64,000 nucleotides of DNA from Candidatus Latescibacterota bacterium. Lineage in GTDB: Bacteria; Latescibacterota; UBA2968; UBA8231. The stretch spans positions 3,232,001 to 3,296,000 of the forward strand of contig OZ241889.1 in NCBI GenBank assembly GCA_965203355.1. Reading direction: 5' to 3'. The notes below the pieces were generated by a model that saw only the letters and a program-made list of their open reading frames with translations, did not search any database and was not told where the DNA came from. This document shows, piece by piece, positions 9,241 to 18,166 of the stretch. The position numbers and the translations under genes were made by a program. Position 1 is the stretch's first letter. Every line of letters starts with the position of its first letter.

Positions 9241-10620
9241 ATGACCCTGCATCTTTTTGACACCCATGCCCGCCAAGAGCGCCCTTTTGCGCCGCTCGCG
9301 CCGCCCCAAGTCCGCCTGTACGCCTGCGGCCCGACTGTGTATAACTACCAGCACATCGGCAACTTGCGCACCTATATCTTCGAGGACATCCTGCGGCGCA
9401 CCCTCGAATACAGCGGCTATGCGGTCCATCACGTCGTCAACATCACCGACGTGGGGCACCTGACCTCGGACGCGGACACCGGCGAGGACAAGATGGAAGC
9501 CGGCGCACAGCGCACCGGCCTGACGGCTTGGGAAATCGCCGAGCGTTACACCGCGGACTTCCAAGAAAAGCTCGACTGGCTCAACATCCGTGCGCCCCAT
9601 GTCTGGTGCCGGGCCACCGACCACATCGCCGAGCAGATTGCGGCCATCGCCGCCATCGAGGAAAAAGGCTATGCGTACCGCACGGACGACGGCCTGTACT
9701 TCGACACCTCGCGTCTGAGCGACTACGGCCACCTCGCCCGCCTCGACATCGCCGGCTTGCAAGGCGGCCAGCGCGTCGATCTGGGGCAGAAGCGCCGCGT
9801 CACAGACTTTGCACTGTGGAAGTTCAGCCCAGCCCAGCCAAAGCGGCAGATGGAGTGGGATAGCCCCTGGGGGCGCGGCTTTCCCGGCTGGCACATCGAA
9901 TGCACGGCGATGGCAGCCAAGTACTTGGGGCCGTACTTCGATATCCACTGCGGCGGCGAGGATCACATTCCGGTCCACCACACCAACGAGATCGCCCAAG
10001 CCCAAGCCTGTTACGACACGCGGCTGGCCGAATTCTGGCTGCACGGCGCGTTTTTACAGCTCGATGGCGAAAAGATGTCCAAATCGAGCGGCGATTTCCT
10101 GCGTCTTGAATCCCTCGTCGCCGCCGGCTACGACCCGCTCGCCTATCGCTTTTTTTGCCTCGGAGCGCGCTACCGCGCCAAGCTCTCCTTTAGCTGGGAG
10201 AGCCTGGCCAGCGCGGCCACGGCCTTCAACCGGCTGCGCGCCGCCGCCCACGCTTGGGGCGCACCGGCTGAACCCGACGACCGCTACGTGGCTGCGTTCA
10301 AGGAGCGCGTCGAGGACGACCTCAACATGCCGCGCGTCCTCGCCCTGTGCTGGGCGCTCGTGGCCGACGATCTCCCGGACGCCGCCAAAAAGGCCACGCT
10401 TTTGCACTTCGACCAAGTCATGGGCTTGGGGCTGGCCGATTGGACGCCACAAGAGGCGACCATACCCGACGCGATTGTTGCCCTCGCCGCCCAGCGGCAA
10501 CACGCCCGCGACGCCAAAGACTGGGCTACAGCCGATGCCCTGCGCGGCGAAATCACCGCGGCCGGCTACGAAATCGAAGACACCCCCCAAGGCCCCAACA
10601 TTCGCCCGCTCACAACCTAA
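9241..10620 (+). CDS. cysS: Cysteine--tRNA ligase
   Basis: CGPTVY, HIGN, PGWHIEC, DIHCGGEDH, KMSKS. Confidence 0.97.
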   Translation: MTLHLFDTHARQERPFAPLAPPQVRLYACGPTVYNYQHIGNLRTYIFEDILRRTLEYSGYAVHHVVNITDVGHLTSDADTGEDKMEAGAQRTGLTAWEIAERYTADFQEKLDWLNIRAPHVWCRATDHIAEQIAAIAAIEEKGYAYRTDDGLYFDTSRLSDYGHLARLDIAGLQGGQRVDLGQKRRVTDFALWKFSPAQPKRQMEWDSPWGRGFPGWHIECTAMAAKYLGPYFDIHCGGEDHIPVHHTNEIAQAQACYDTRLAEFWLHGAFLQLDGEKMSKSSGDFLRLESLVAAGYDPLAYRFFCLGARYRAKLSFSWESLASAATAFNRLRAAAHAWGAPAEPDDRYVAAFKERVEDDLNMPRVLALCWALVADDLPDAAKKATLLHFDQVMGLGLADWTPQEATIPDAIVALAAQRQHARDAKDWATADALRGEITAAGYEIEDTPQGPNIRPLTT

Positions 10621-10634
10621 CCGGACGGACGCGC

Positions 10635-12122
10635 ATGTCCCGCATTATCGTCGCCGAGTGCAAGCAAGAAATCTCCTCTTTCAACCCGGTCGTCGGCACG
10701 TACGACAACTTCTCCGTTCACCGCGGCCCGGACCTGCTCGCCTATCACCAAGGCCGCGAGACCGAGCTGTGCGGTGCTTTGCAGGTTTTCGCCGACAGCC
10801 ACTTTGACGTCGTACCGACCTATGGGGCTGTCGCCCCCTCGGCCGGGCCTTTAGACCAACCGGACTTTGACCGCCTGGCCGCCGAGTTGCTCGACGCGGT
10901 CACACCACACCTAGCCGACGCCGACGGCATGTACCTCTGTCTCCACGGCGCTATGGGCTGCACCCAAGAGTTGGACCCGGAGGGCTACTTGCTGCAAGCG
11001 ATTCGCCACCGCGCCGGCCCCAACTTCCCCATCGCGATCTCGCAAGACCTGCACGGCATCCTCACCCGCCGCATGTTGGAGCATTCAAACGGCCTCGCCA
11101 TGTACCACACCTATCCGCACGTTGATCTGGCCGACACCGGTCGCCGCGCCGCGTATTTGCTCCTCCAAGTCCTCGCTGGCGCGCAGCCCGTGGTGGCCCG
11201 CGTGCGGGTGCCCGCGCTCGTGCGCGGCAACGAGCTTATCACCGCCTCCGGCGTGTACGGCGAATCCATTCGCTATTGTCAAGCCTTAGAAGAGCAGCCC
11301 GACATTCTCGCGGCCGGTGTGATGATCGGCAATCCGTTCACCGACGTGCCCGAGTTGTGCTCCCAAGCCATCGTCGTCGCCGATGCCGACCCGGACCTCG
11401 CCCGCAGCGAGGCCCTGCACCTCGCCGCTGAATTCTGGGAGCACCGCGCCCGCATGCAGCCCGAGCTCGCGTCGGTCGAAGACGCCGTAGCCCAAGCCGC
11501 CCAATACAGCGGCCCGGTGCTTTTCACCGACGCGGCCGACGCCCCTTCTTCGGGTGCGACCGGCGACAGCAACGTGCTGCTCCAAGCCTTGCACACCAGT
11601 GGCTATGCCGGCCAAGTGCTCGCGCCGCTGGTGGATGCACCCGCCGCGTACATGGCCCACGACGCTGGACTCGGCGCGCACATTCGCGTGGTCTTGGGTG
11701 GCTCGCTCGACTCGCGCTTTGCTCCGCTCGAACTCGCGGTCGAAGTCTCCCAGCTCGGCGACGGCGAATATCTCGACGAATCTTGGAACACGCCCCAACG
11801 CGCCGGGCCTACGGCCGTGCTAAAAAGCGACAACCTCACCATCGTCTGCGTCAGCCGCTCCGTGCCTTTTATCGACCGCTCGGTCTTTATCGCCCACGAC
11901 ATAAACCCCAAGGACTACGACCTCATCGTCATCAAGTCGCCGCACTGCCAGTCGCACTTTTTTGACGAATGGGCCGAGAAAAACTTCAACGTCGATGCCC
12001 TTGGCTCAACCAGCGCGAACTTACCCACCCTCGGGCACCGCGTCTGCCAGCGGCCCATGTACCCCCTCGAACTCGACACCCCTTTTACCCCAGTCGCCGA
12101 AATGTTCGGCACGGGAGCCTAA
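10635..12122 (+). CDS. M81 family metallopeptidase (MlrC-like)
   Basis: Start refined to ATG 10635 (MSRIIVAECKQEISSFNP); LHGAM, DLHG, YPHVD, IKSPH motifs. Confidence 0.88.
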   Translation: MSRIIVAECKQEISSFNPVVGTYDNFSVHRGPDLLAYHQGRETELCGALQVFADSHFDVVPTYGAVAPSAGPLDQPDFDRLAAELLDAVTPHLADADGMYLCLHGAMGCTQELDPEGYLLQAIRHRAGPNFPIAISQDLHGILTRRMLEHSNGLAMYHTYPHVDLADTGRRAAYLLLQVLAGAQPVVARVRVPALVRGNELITASGVYGESIRYCQALEEQPDILAAGVMIGNPFTDVPELCSQAIVVADADPDLARSEALHLAAEFWEHRARMQPELASVEDAVAQAAQYSGPVLFTDAADAPSSGATGDSNVLLQALHTSGYAGQVLAPLVDAPAAYMAHDAGLGAHIRVVLGGSLDSRFAPLELAVEVSQLGDGEYLDESWNTPQRAGPTAVLKSDNLTIVCVSRSVPFIDRSVFIAHDINPKDYDLIVIKSPHCQSHFFDEWAEKNFNVDALGSTSANLPTLGHRVCQRPMYPLELDTPFTPVAEMFGTGA

Positions 12123-12127
12123 GCTTT

Positions 12128-12306
12128 ATGCCTGCCATCAAACAATCCGTCTGCTTCAATCCCTTCACCGGCAGCGGCCTCAGCCCGCGGGAACTCGTCG
12201 CGGCGGCCGCCCGCATCGGCTATCAATCCGTCGAGATGGCGGCCCGAGACCACTGGCCGCTGATCCAAGATCACGGCCTCGCCATCGCCATTGTCGCCGG
12301 CCACGC
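12128..12306 (+). pseudogene. N-terminal fragment of a hydroxypyruvate isomerase-like TIM-barrel gene
   Basis: MPAIKQSVCF...AAARIGYQSVEM...DHGLAIAIVAGH resembles the Hyi/AP_endonuc_2 N-terminus; resemblance ends after ~59 codons and the frame stops at 12409. Confidence 0.7.
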
Positions 12307-12747
12307 TTTGCGGACCGAGCTTTTGCAGGAGAAGGAGCGCGGCTTTTCGGGGGACGTTGGAATCGCCGCGGCACCCCTATCATCTATACGGCGGAATCGC
12401 TGTCGTTAGCCATGCTCGAAATCCTCGTCAACCTCGACTCTCCTGCAACCCTTGATCGATATATGAGCATTCCAGTCGAATTTGACGACAGCCTGTGCAA
12501 GGTGCTGTCTTTGGAAGCCTTGCCCGACAATTGGTCGCCCGATCCGGTGCCATCGAACGTTCAAGAGATAGGCTCTAGCTGGGCCTCTGCTCGTCAATCA
12601 GCCGTGCTCGTCGTTCCTAGTGCCGTCGTTCCACAGGAACACAATTTCCTCTTAAATCCACAGCATCCCGATTTCGCACAAATACGCATCGGCCCCTCCA
12701 CCGAATTCGATTTTGATCCGAGGCTAATTAAGGTACATTGCGGCTAA
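12301..12747 (+). pseudogene. RES-domain toxin (NAD+ phosphorylase family), 5'-truncated, no antitoxin
   Basis: GEGARLFGGRWN, YTAESLSLAMLE, VPSAVVP, NFLLNPQHPDF, FDPRL; no plausible start codon before the conserved region and no Xre/MbcA gene upstream. Confidence 0.8.
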
Positions 12748-13707
12748 TGCGGTCGAGTTTGCGGATTTCAAACTCTGGTCTGCCCGGAGATCGGAAAACA
12801 CGCTGTGCGCCGACTAACAACAGCCGCGTCCTACGGCGCAAAGGCGTATTAATTACTGCGAGGATCGGACCACCGCGCATCGCCCCTGCCCTCCCAACCG
12901 AAAGGACCTGCCATGCGTAGCCTCTTCGTGCTGATCGGCATCTCGTTGATGATCGCTTGTGGAGAGCGCCAGCCACCCCCGCTCGCTCCAGCCGATTCAC
13001 ACCCAATTCAACGGGGCCAGATTGTAACAGCCGAGGGCGCGGCCGTGTCGGGCGCTCAGGTGGTTATCATAGACCCGGAGCGTCTCAAGGTCTTGGCGCG
13101 GGCGGCGGGGAATGCAAACGGGCACTTTGTCGTTTCCGTGCCCTATCGACCCAGCTACTATGTGGGCGTTACCGCGCCTTACATGCCAACGCACCTTGAC
13201 ACGGCGTTTGCTTTTACGGGCGACGTCATCACCGTCGATGGGTCGCTCGGTCGTATCGCGGGCAAGGCCGCACAAGCGGCGCGCCGGCTGGGCGACGTCA
13301 ACAACGATGCTAAAGTCGATATAGCGGATGCCCTGTTCGTGCTGCTCTATACCTTAGACCGCGCGTCTTTCGTCGCTCCCAATCAAGGCGACATTACTTT
13401 GGGGGATGTCAACCAGGATGGCGCGATAGACCAAGTAGATGTCCTGCTTATTATGACCTATATAATGAACCCGCTGGACCCGGCGTTGCCGGATGGAATC
13501 GGTTCAGTCCTTGAGACATCTGTTGAATCCGATCGAGAAGTGTTGCTCGCTTTCTATGAGGCAACGGGCGGCGACTGGGCGAATCGCACCCACTGGCGCA
13601 GCGACGTCCCGCTGAGCCAATGGCAGGGCGTTAGAACCGATGACCAAGGGCATGTCACTCGCTTGTACCTCAGCCATCGCGGGTTGACCGGAACAATTCC
13701 CGCTGCC

Positions 13708-14420
13708 TTGGGAAAACTCGAAAACCTGCAAACCCTAGACCTCGCCCACAACCAATTGACCGGCGAGATTCCCGAACAACTGGGACAACTCAAAAACCTG
13801 CGAGAGCTATACCTCGACGGCAACCAATTGACCGGAGAAATTCCCATCACTTTGGGACTACTCGAAAACCTGCAAATCCTATACCTACAAGAAAACAAAT
13901 TGACCGGAGAAATTCCTACCACTTTGGGACAACTCGAAAACCTGTTATACCTATACCTACAAGAAAACGAACTGACCGGAGAAATTCCTACCACTTTGGG
14001 ACAACTCGAAAACTTGCAAATCCTAGACTTACAAGAAAACAAGTTGACCGGAGAAATCCCCGTCGCCCTGGGACAACTCAAAAACCTGTTATACCTATAT
14101 CTACGAGAAAACGAACTGACCGGAGAAATCCCCGTCGCCCTGGGACAACTCGAAAACCTGCGAGAGCTGTACCTCGGCGGCAACGAACTGACCGGAGAAA
14201 TTCCCGTCGCCCTGGAACGACTCAAAAACCTGCAAACCCTAGACCTACGAGAAAACAAATTGACCGGAAAAATTCCCGTCGCCTTGGGACAACTCGAAAA
14301 CCTGCGAGAGCTATACCTCGCCGACAATCAATTGACCGGAGAAATTCCCGAACATTGGGGACACCTACAACACCTATACCTCGCTGGCAACCAATTGACC
14401 GGGTGTATCCCCTTCGCTTT
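13708..14420 (+). repeat. 72-bp tandem coding repeats, LRR module 1 (~10 units)
   Basis: Recurring ttgggacaactcgaaaacctg...ttgaccggagaaattccc with 72-nt period. Confidence 0.9.
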
Positions 14421-14670
14421 GCGAGGGGTAGCGTACAATGACTTTGGCTCCTTAGGGCTGGACTCCTGTCCCCATCCCTCGTTTGAATCCTATTGGACGG
14501 CGTTGATCGCTTTCTATGAGGCGACCGGAGGCGACGGCTGGTGGAATCGCACCCACTGGCGCAGTGACGCCCCGCTAGGTGAATGGTACGGCGTGACCAT
14601 GGATAAACGAGAGGACATCACTGGCTTGGAACTATCCGACAACGGGTTGACCGGAGAAATTCCCAAAGAA

Positions 14671-15462
14671 TTAGGGCAACTCGAAAACCTGCAAGTCCTA
14701 AGTCTCAGCCAAAACAAATTGACCGGCCAGATCTCCAAAGAATTGGGACAACTCGAAAGATTGGGAGCGCTATACCTGCAAGAAAACGAATTAACCGGGG
14801 AAATTCCAGAACAACTAGGACAACTCGAAAGATTGGGAGCACTATACCTGCAAGAAAACGAATTAACCGGAGAAATTCCAAAACAACTAGGATAACTCAA
14901 AAACCTACAACACTTACACTTACAAAAAAACAAATTGACCGGAGAAATTCCAGAACAACTAGGACAACTCGAAAATCTGCTATACCTATACTTACAAGAA
15001 AACGAATTAACCGGAGAAATTCCAAAAGAATTGGGACGACTCGAAAACCTGCAAGTCCTAAGCCTCAGCCAAAACGAACTAACCGGGGAAATTCCAAAAG
15101 AATTAGGTCAACTCGAAAACCTGCAAGTCCTAAGCCTCAGCCAAAACGAACTAACCGGAGAAATTCCAAAAGAAATGGGACAACTCGAAAACCTGCCATA
15201 CCTATACCTGCAAGAAAACGAACTGATCGGCCAGATCCCAAAAGAATTAGGACAACTCGAAAACCTGCTATACCTATACCTGCAAGAAAACAAATTGGCG
15301 GGCCAGATCCCAAAAGAATTAGGTCAACTCGAAAACCTGCAACTCCTAAACCTCAGCCAAAACAAATTGACCGGGGAAATTCCCAAACAACTGGAACGAC
15401 TCGAAAACCTGCGAGCACTATACCTCGCCGGCAACGAATTGACCGGGTGTATCCCCGCCGCT
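14671..15462 (+). repeat. 72-bp tandem coding repeats, LRR module 2 (11 units)
   Basis: Same 72-nt period; unit 4 carries the stop codon. Confidence 0.9.
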
Positions 15463-15563
15463 TTGCAAGCGATACCGAACAATGACTTAGACAAACTAGG
15501 GTTGGCCTTCTGCCAGTGAACGTCGTTTGCGCTCCTTAGCCGACCTTATTTAGTATAAGAACC

Positions 15564-16538
15564 ATGTTCAAAGCACTCGTCTTACATGAGCACACTACGG
15601 CTGTCGAAAATCTCGACGAAAGCCGCCTGCCCGCCGGCGACATAGAAATAGCCGTGGCGTACTCCTCGCTCAACTACAAAGACGGAATGATCCTCAACGG
15701 CTTGGGCGGCTTGGTCAAAACCTATCCCCACGTCCCCGGCCTCGACCTCGCTGGCACCGTCGTTCACAGCCAGAGCGACTCGTTCCAGCCCGGCGACCAA
15801 GTTGTATGCACTGGCTGGCGCGTCGGCGAAATCCACTGGGGTGGCTACGCGCAAAAGGCGCGACTCAAAGCCGATTGGCTCGTCCCCCTACCCGCCGGCC
15901 TCACGTTGCGCACCGCCATGGGCTTGGGGGCGGCGGGCCTGACCACAGCTATCTCCCTCGAAGCCCTCGAAGCCCACGGGCTCGCGCCCGACAAAGGCGA
16001 AGTCCTGGTCACTGGCGCGGCCGGCGGCGTTGGTTCGCTCTCGGTTTTGCTGCTCTCCGCGTTGGGCTACCAAGTCGCCGCATCCACTGGCCGCCCCGAA
16101 CTCGCACCCTATCTAAAAGATCTCGGTGCTCAAACCATCATCCCGCGCCGCGAGCTCGCCGAGCCATCCAACAAACCCTTGGAAAGTGCGCGCTGGGCCG
16201 CCTGCATCGACTCGGTCGGCGGCACCGCGCTAGCCCGCGTCTTGGCCCAGATGAACTACGGAGCCTCGGTCGCCGCGGTGGGCTTAGCCGGCGGCGCCCA
16301 ACTCACAACCACCGTCATCCCCTTTTTGCTGCGCGGCGTCAACCTCCTCGGCATCGACTCGGTATTCTACCCAGCCGAGCGCCGCGTTGCCGTTTGGACG
16401 CGCTTGGCCACGGAACTGCCCTTAGAAAAATTAGAGCGGATCTGCACGGAGGTCGGTTTAGCCGACATCCCCGGCCTCGGCAAGGACATCTTAGCCGGCA
16501 AAGTGCAAGGCCGCGTCATCGTCAACCCCAATCAGTGA
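15564..16538 (+). CDS. acuI: Acryloyl-CoA reductase AcuI / YhdH-family MDR oxidoreductase
   Basis: YSSLNYKDG, PHVPGLDLAG, VTGAAGGVGS, PFLLRGVNLLGIDSV. Confidence 0.85.
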   Translation: MFKALVLHEHTTAVENLDESRLPAGDIEIAVAYSSLNYKDGMILNGLGGLVKTYPHVPGLDLAGTVVHSQSDSFQPGDQVVCTGWRVGEIHWGGYAQKARLKADWLVPLPAGLTLRTAMGLGAAGLTTAISLEALEAHGLAPDKGEVLVTGAAGGVGSLSVLLLSALGYQVAASTGRPELAPYLKDLGAQTIIPRRELAEPSNKPLESARWAACIDSVGGTALARVLAQMNYGASVAAVGLAGGAQLTTTVIPFLLRGVNLLGIDSVFYPAERRVAVWTRLATELPLEKLERICTEVGLADIPGLGKDILAGKVQGRVIVNPNQ

Positions 16539-16611
16539 AAGAAGTGGAACGAGGAGTGGTCAGTGGTCAGTGGTCATCGTCAACCTCAATCAGTGAAAGA
16601 AGTGGAACGAG
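16515..16611 (+). repeat. 39-bp direct repeat of the acuI 3' end flanking (AGTGGTC)x3
   Basis: 16515-16553 and 16573-16611 differ at one base; heptamer array at 16555-16575. Confidence 0.9.
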
Positions 16612-16627
16612 AAGCGCGCTGAATATG

Positions 16628-16662
16628 AAAAACCGCCGCTAACTTACGGCGTTAGCGGCGGT
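16628..16662. terminator. Intrinsic terminator-like hairpin
   Basis: Perfect 12-bp stem ACCGCCGCTAAC (16632-16643)/GTTAGCGGCGGT (16651-16662); the U-tract is present only on the minus strand. Confidence 0.65.
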
Positions 16663-16715
16663 CGATCTGCTGCCCTCGGTCCACATCCCCCTCCTGGCAG
16701 TTTCGTCGTCGTCTT

Positions 16716-17654
16716 ATGTGCTTCTTTACACACCTTATGCCGCCTTCCGCGCCCCTTTTCCCTCGGTTCGCTGAGCACCGCATCGCCCTCGCCGACCAAG
16801 TTGAGATGGCCTATATCGACAATGGTCGCAGCGGCAACCGCCCCCCTTTAGTACTCCTGCACGGCATCTTTGACAACAAGGCCACTTGGTTCCGCTTGAC
16901 CGCTCGCCTGCCCGACCATCGCATCATCGCCCCGGACTTGATCGGCCACGGCCACAGCAGCAAGCCGACCTTGGCCACCCGCCCCACGCACGAGTGCTAC
17001 TCGCCAGACATGCAGGTTAGCTACCTCGCGGCCTTTATCGCCGCGCTGGACTTAGACGACGCGATTCTCTTGGGCAACTCGCTCGGTGGCGGCTTGGCTC
17101 TGCGCTTGTACCTCGACTTTCCCGCGCTCGCAGCTAAGGTGCGCGGGCTAGTGCTCATCGACGCAGCCGGCTATCCACACAAACTTCCCGTACCCATGCG
17201 GACCCTCGGCGGCCGGCTAGGCAAGCTGCTGACCCATGCCCCGCTCCACGCCCTAGCGCGCACCTGCGGTCTGTTGCGCTTGGCCGCTTGGCGCACCTTC
17301 CGGCACTGCTTCCACGACCGCCGCAAAATCCCCCCCGAACTCGCAGCCACCGCCCGCGCCGCGCTCAAAACCCCGAACGCCGCGTACGCCTATCACTACT
17401 CAGCGCGCAACCTCGTCCCCCCCGACATAGCAACGTTCCACCAGCGCTTTGGCGACATCGCCTGCCCGGCCTTGGTTTTGTGGGGGCAGCAGGACCGCGT
17501 CTTACCCGTGCAATCGGCCCGGCGCTTCGCCGCCGACCTGCCCGGCGCCGATCTACACATCTTCCCTAATTGCGGACACGCGCCCCACCTCGAATACCCG
17601 GACGAGACAGCCGACTGCATCAAACGATGGATAAAAAAGCGCGATATTAAATGA
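16716..17654 (+). CDS. Alpha/beta-fold hydrolase
   Basis: LLHG, PDLIGHGHS, GNSLGG nucleophile, WGQQD, CGHAPHLE; true start may be ATG 16737. Confidence 0.9.
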   Translation: MCFFTHLMPPSAPLFPRFAEHRIALADQVEMAYIDNGRSGNRPPLVLLHGIFDNKATWFRLTARLPDHRIIAPDLIGHGHSSKPTLATRPTHECYSPDMQVSYLAAFIAALDLDDAILLGNSLGGGLALRLYLDFPALAAKVRGLVLIDAAGYPHKLPVPMRTLGGRLGKLLTHAPLHALARTCGLLRLAAWRTFRHCFHDRRKIPPELAATARAALKTPNAAYAYHYSARNLVPPDIATFHQRFGDIACPALVLWGQQDRVLPVQSARRFAADLPGADLHIFPNCGHAPHLEYPDETADCIKRWIKKRDIK

Positions 17655-17754
17655 TTTTTGGATAAAATTTTGCCCTCCCCGTGCATAGGTCGGCAACTAT
17701 TGCCCAGGACCGGCGTCTAAACTGCATAGAACTTAATTATTTAGGAGGGACAAT

Positions 17755-17982
17755 ATGCCACTCTATCGCCACCTAGAAGCCTCGGGAGATTCAGACGATA
17801 TCCTCGTAATCGAGGATCGGGGCATGCTCGAGCAGGACCAGCCCGGTTTTGAGTTTATCGACTCGCACACCATCAAAGCCCATCCCCTCATCATCGAAGC
17901 CTTAATCGCTGACTCTGAGCGTTTGTGGACTCTTGAAGAGATACTCGCCGATGTAGAGCAGGGACCGGTGGCACCTCCCTGA
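17755..17982 (+). CDS. Small acidic hypothetical protein, 75 aa
   Basis: Strong RBS AGGAGG before the ATG, AT-rich upstream region; no family recognised. Confidence 0.65.
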   Translation: MPLYRHLEASGDSDDILVIEDRGMLEQDQPGFEFIDSHTIKAHPLIIEALIADSERLWTLEEILADVEQGPVAPP

Positions 17983-18146
17983 GCCGCTTCGCAGGCCAGA
18001 TAGCATGGTCCACCCGGCTACAGTGCGTCCTTTACCACTTTAGGTCCTGTGCATAGGCTGCGAAAGCCCCGGTGACCAAATCTCCCACTGGATGCTAGGA
18101 CGCCGGGTGGGCCAGCCACCTGAACTCCTCTTCTCCTCCGGTCTCT
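17960..18146. ncRNA. Candidate structured RNA between convergent genes (family unassigned)
   Basis: Nested stems 17960-17968/18138-18146, 18006-18018/18102-18114, 18044-18054/18092-18101 and two terminal hairpins. Confidence 0.4.
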
Positions 18147-18166
18147 TCACGCGACAGCGGCAGCGA

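Larger units (their letters stand above)
12913..15519 (+). pseudogene. Lipoprotein with dockerin-like domain and two plant-type LRR modules, interrupted by an in-frame TAA at 14893-14895
   Basis: Lipobox-like MIAC; GDVNNDAKVDIAD/GDVNQDGAIDQVD dockerin repeats; 24-aa LRRs. ORFs 12913..14895 and 14935..15519 share a frame; the stop replaces the consensus CAA (LGQL). Confidence 0.85.

Noticed and set aside
10347-10634. N-terminal extensions in the ORF track (MlrC, Gfo 5882, pyrR 35742, flippase 41922, hsdR 54880)
   Set aside because: They overlap neighbouring genes or regulatory RNA; downstream starts match family N-termini and RBSs.
12750-12816. Possible C-terminal gene remnant (AVEFADFKLWSARRSENTLCAD*) after the RES gene
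   Set aside because: Too short to assign to a family by eye.
13708-15462. 72-bp periodic repeats as a CRISPR array or DGR template/variable pair
   Set aside because: They are in-frame LRR codons without unique spacers; no cas or RT gene, and variation is not adenine-specific.
16515-16611. 39-bp repeat pair as a mini-CRISPR
   Set aside because: Only two copies, the repeat is the acuI 3' end, and the 19-nt spacer is a heptamer microsatellite.
17960-18146. Firm 6S RNA, tRNA or hammerhead call
   Set aside because: CCCTGAGCCG and CACCTGAAC echo 6S but the complementary 3' strand is missing; no T-loop or CUGANGA core.
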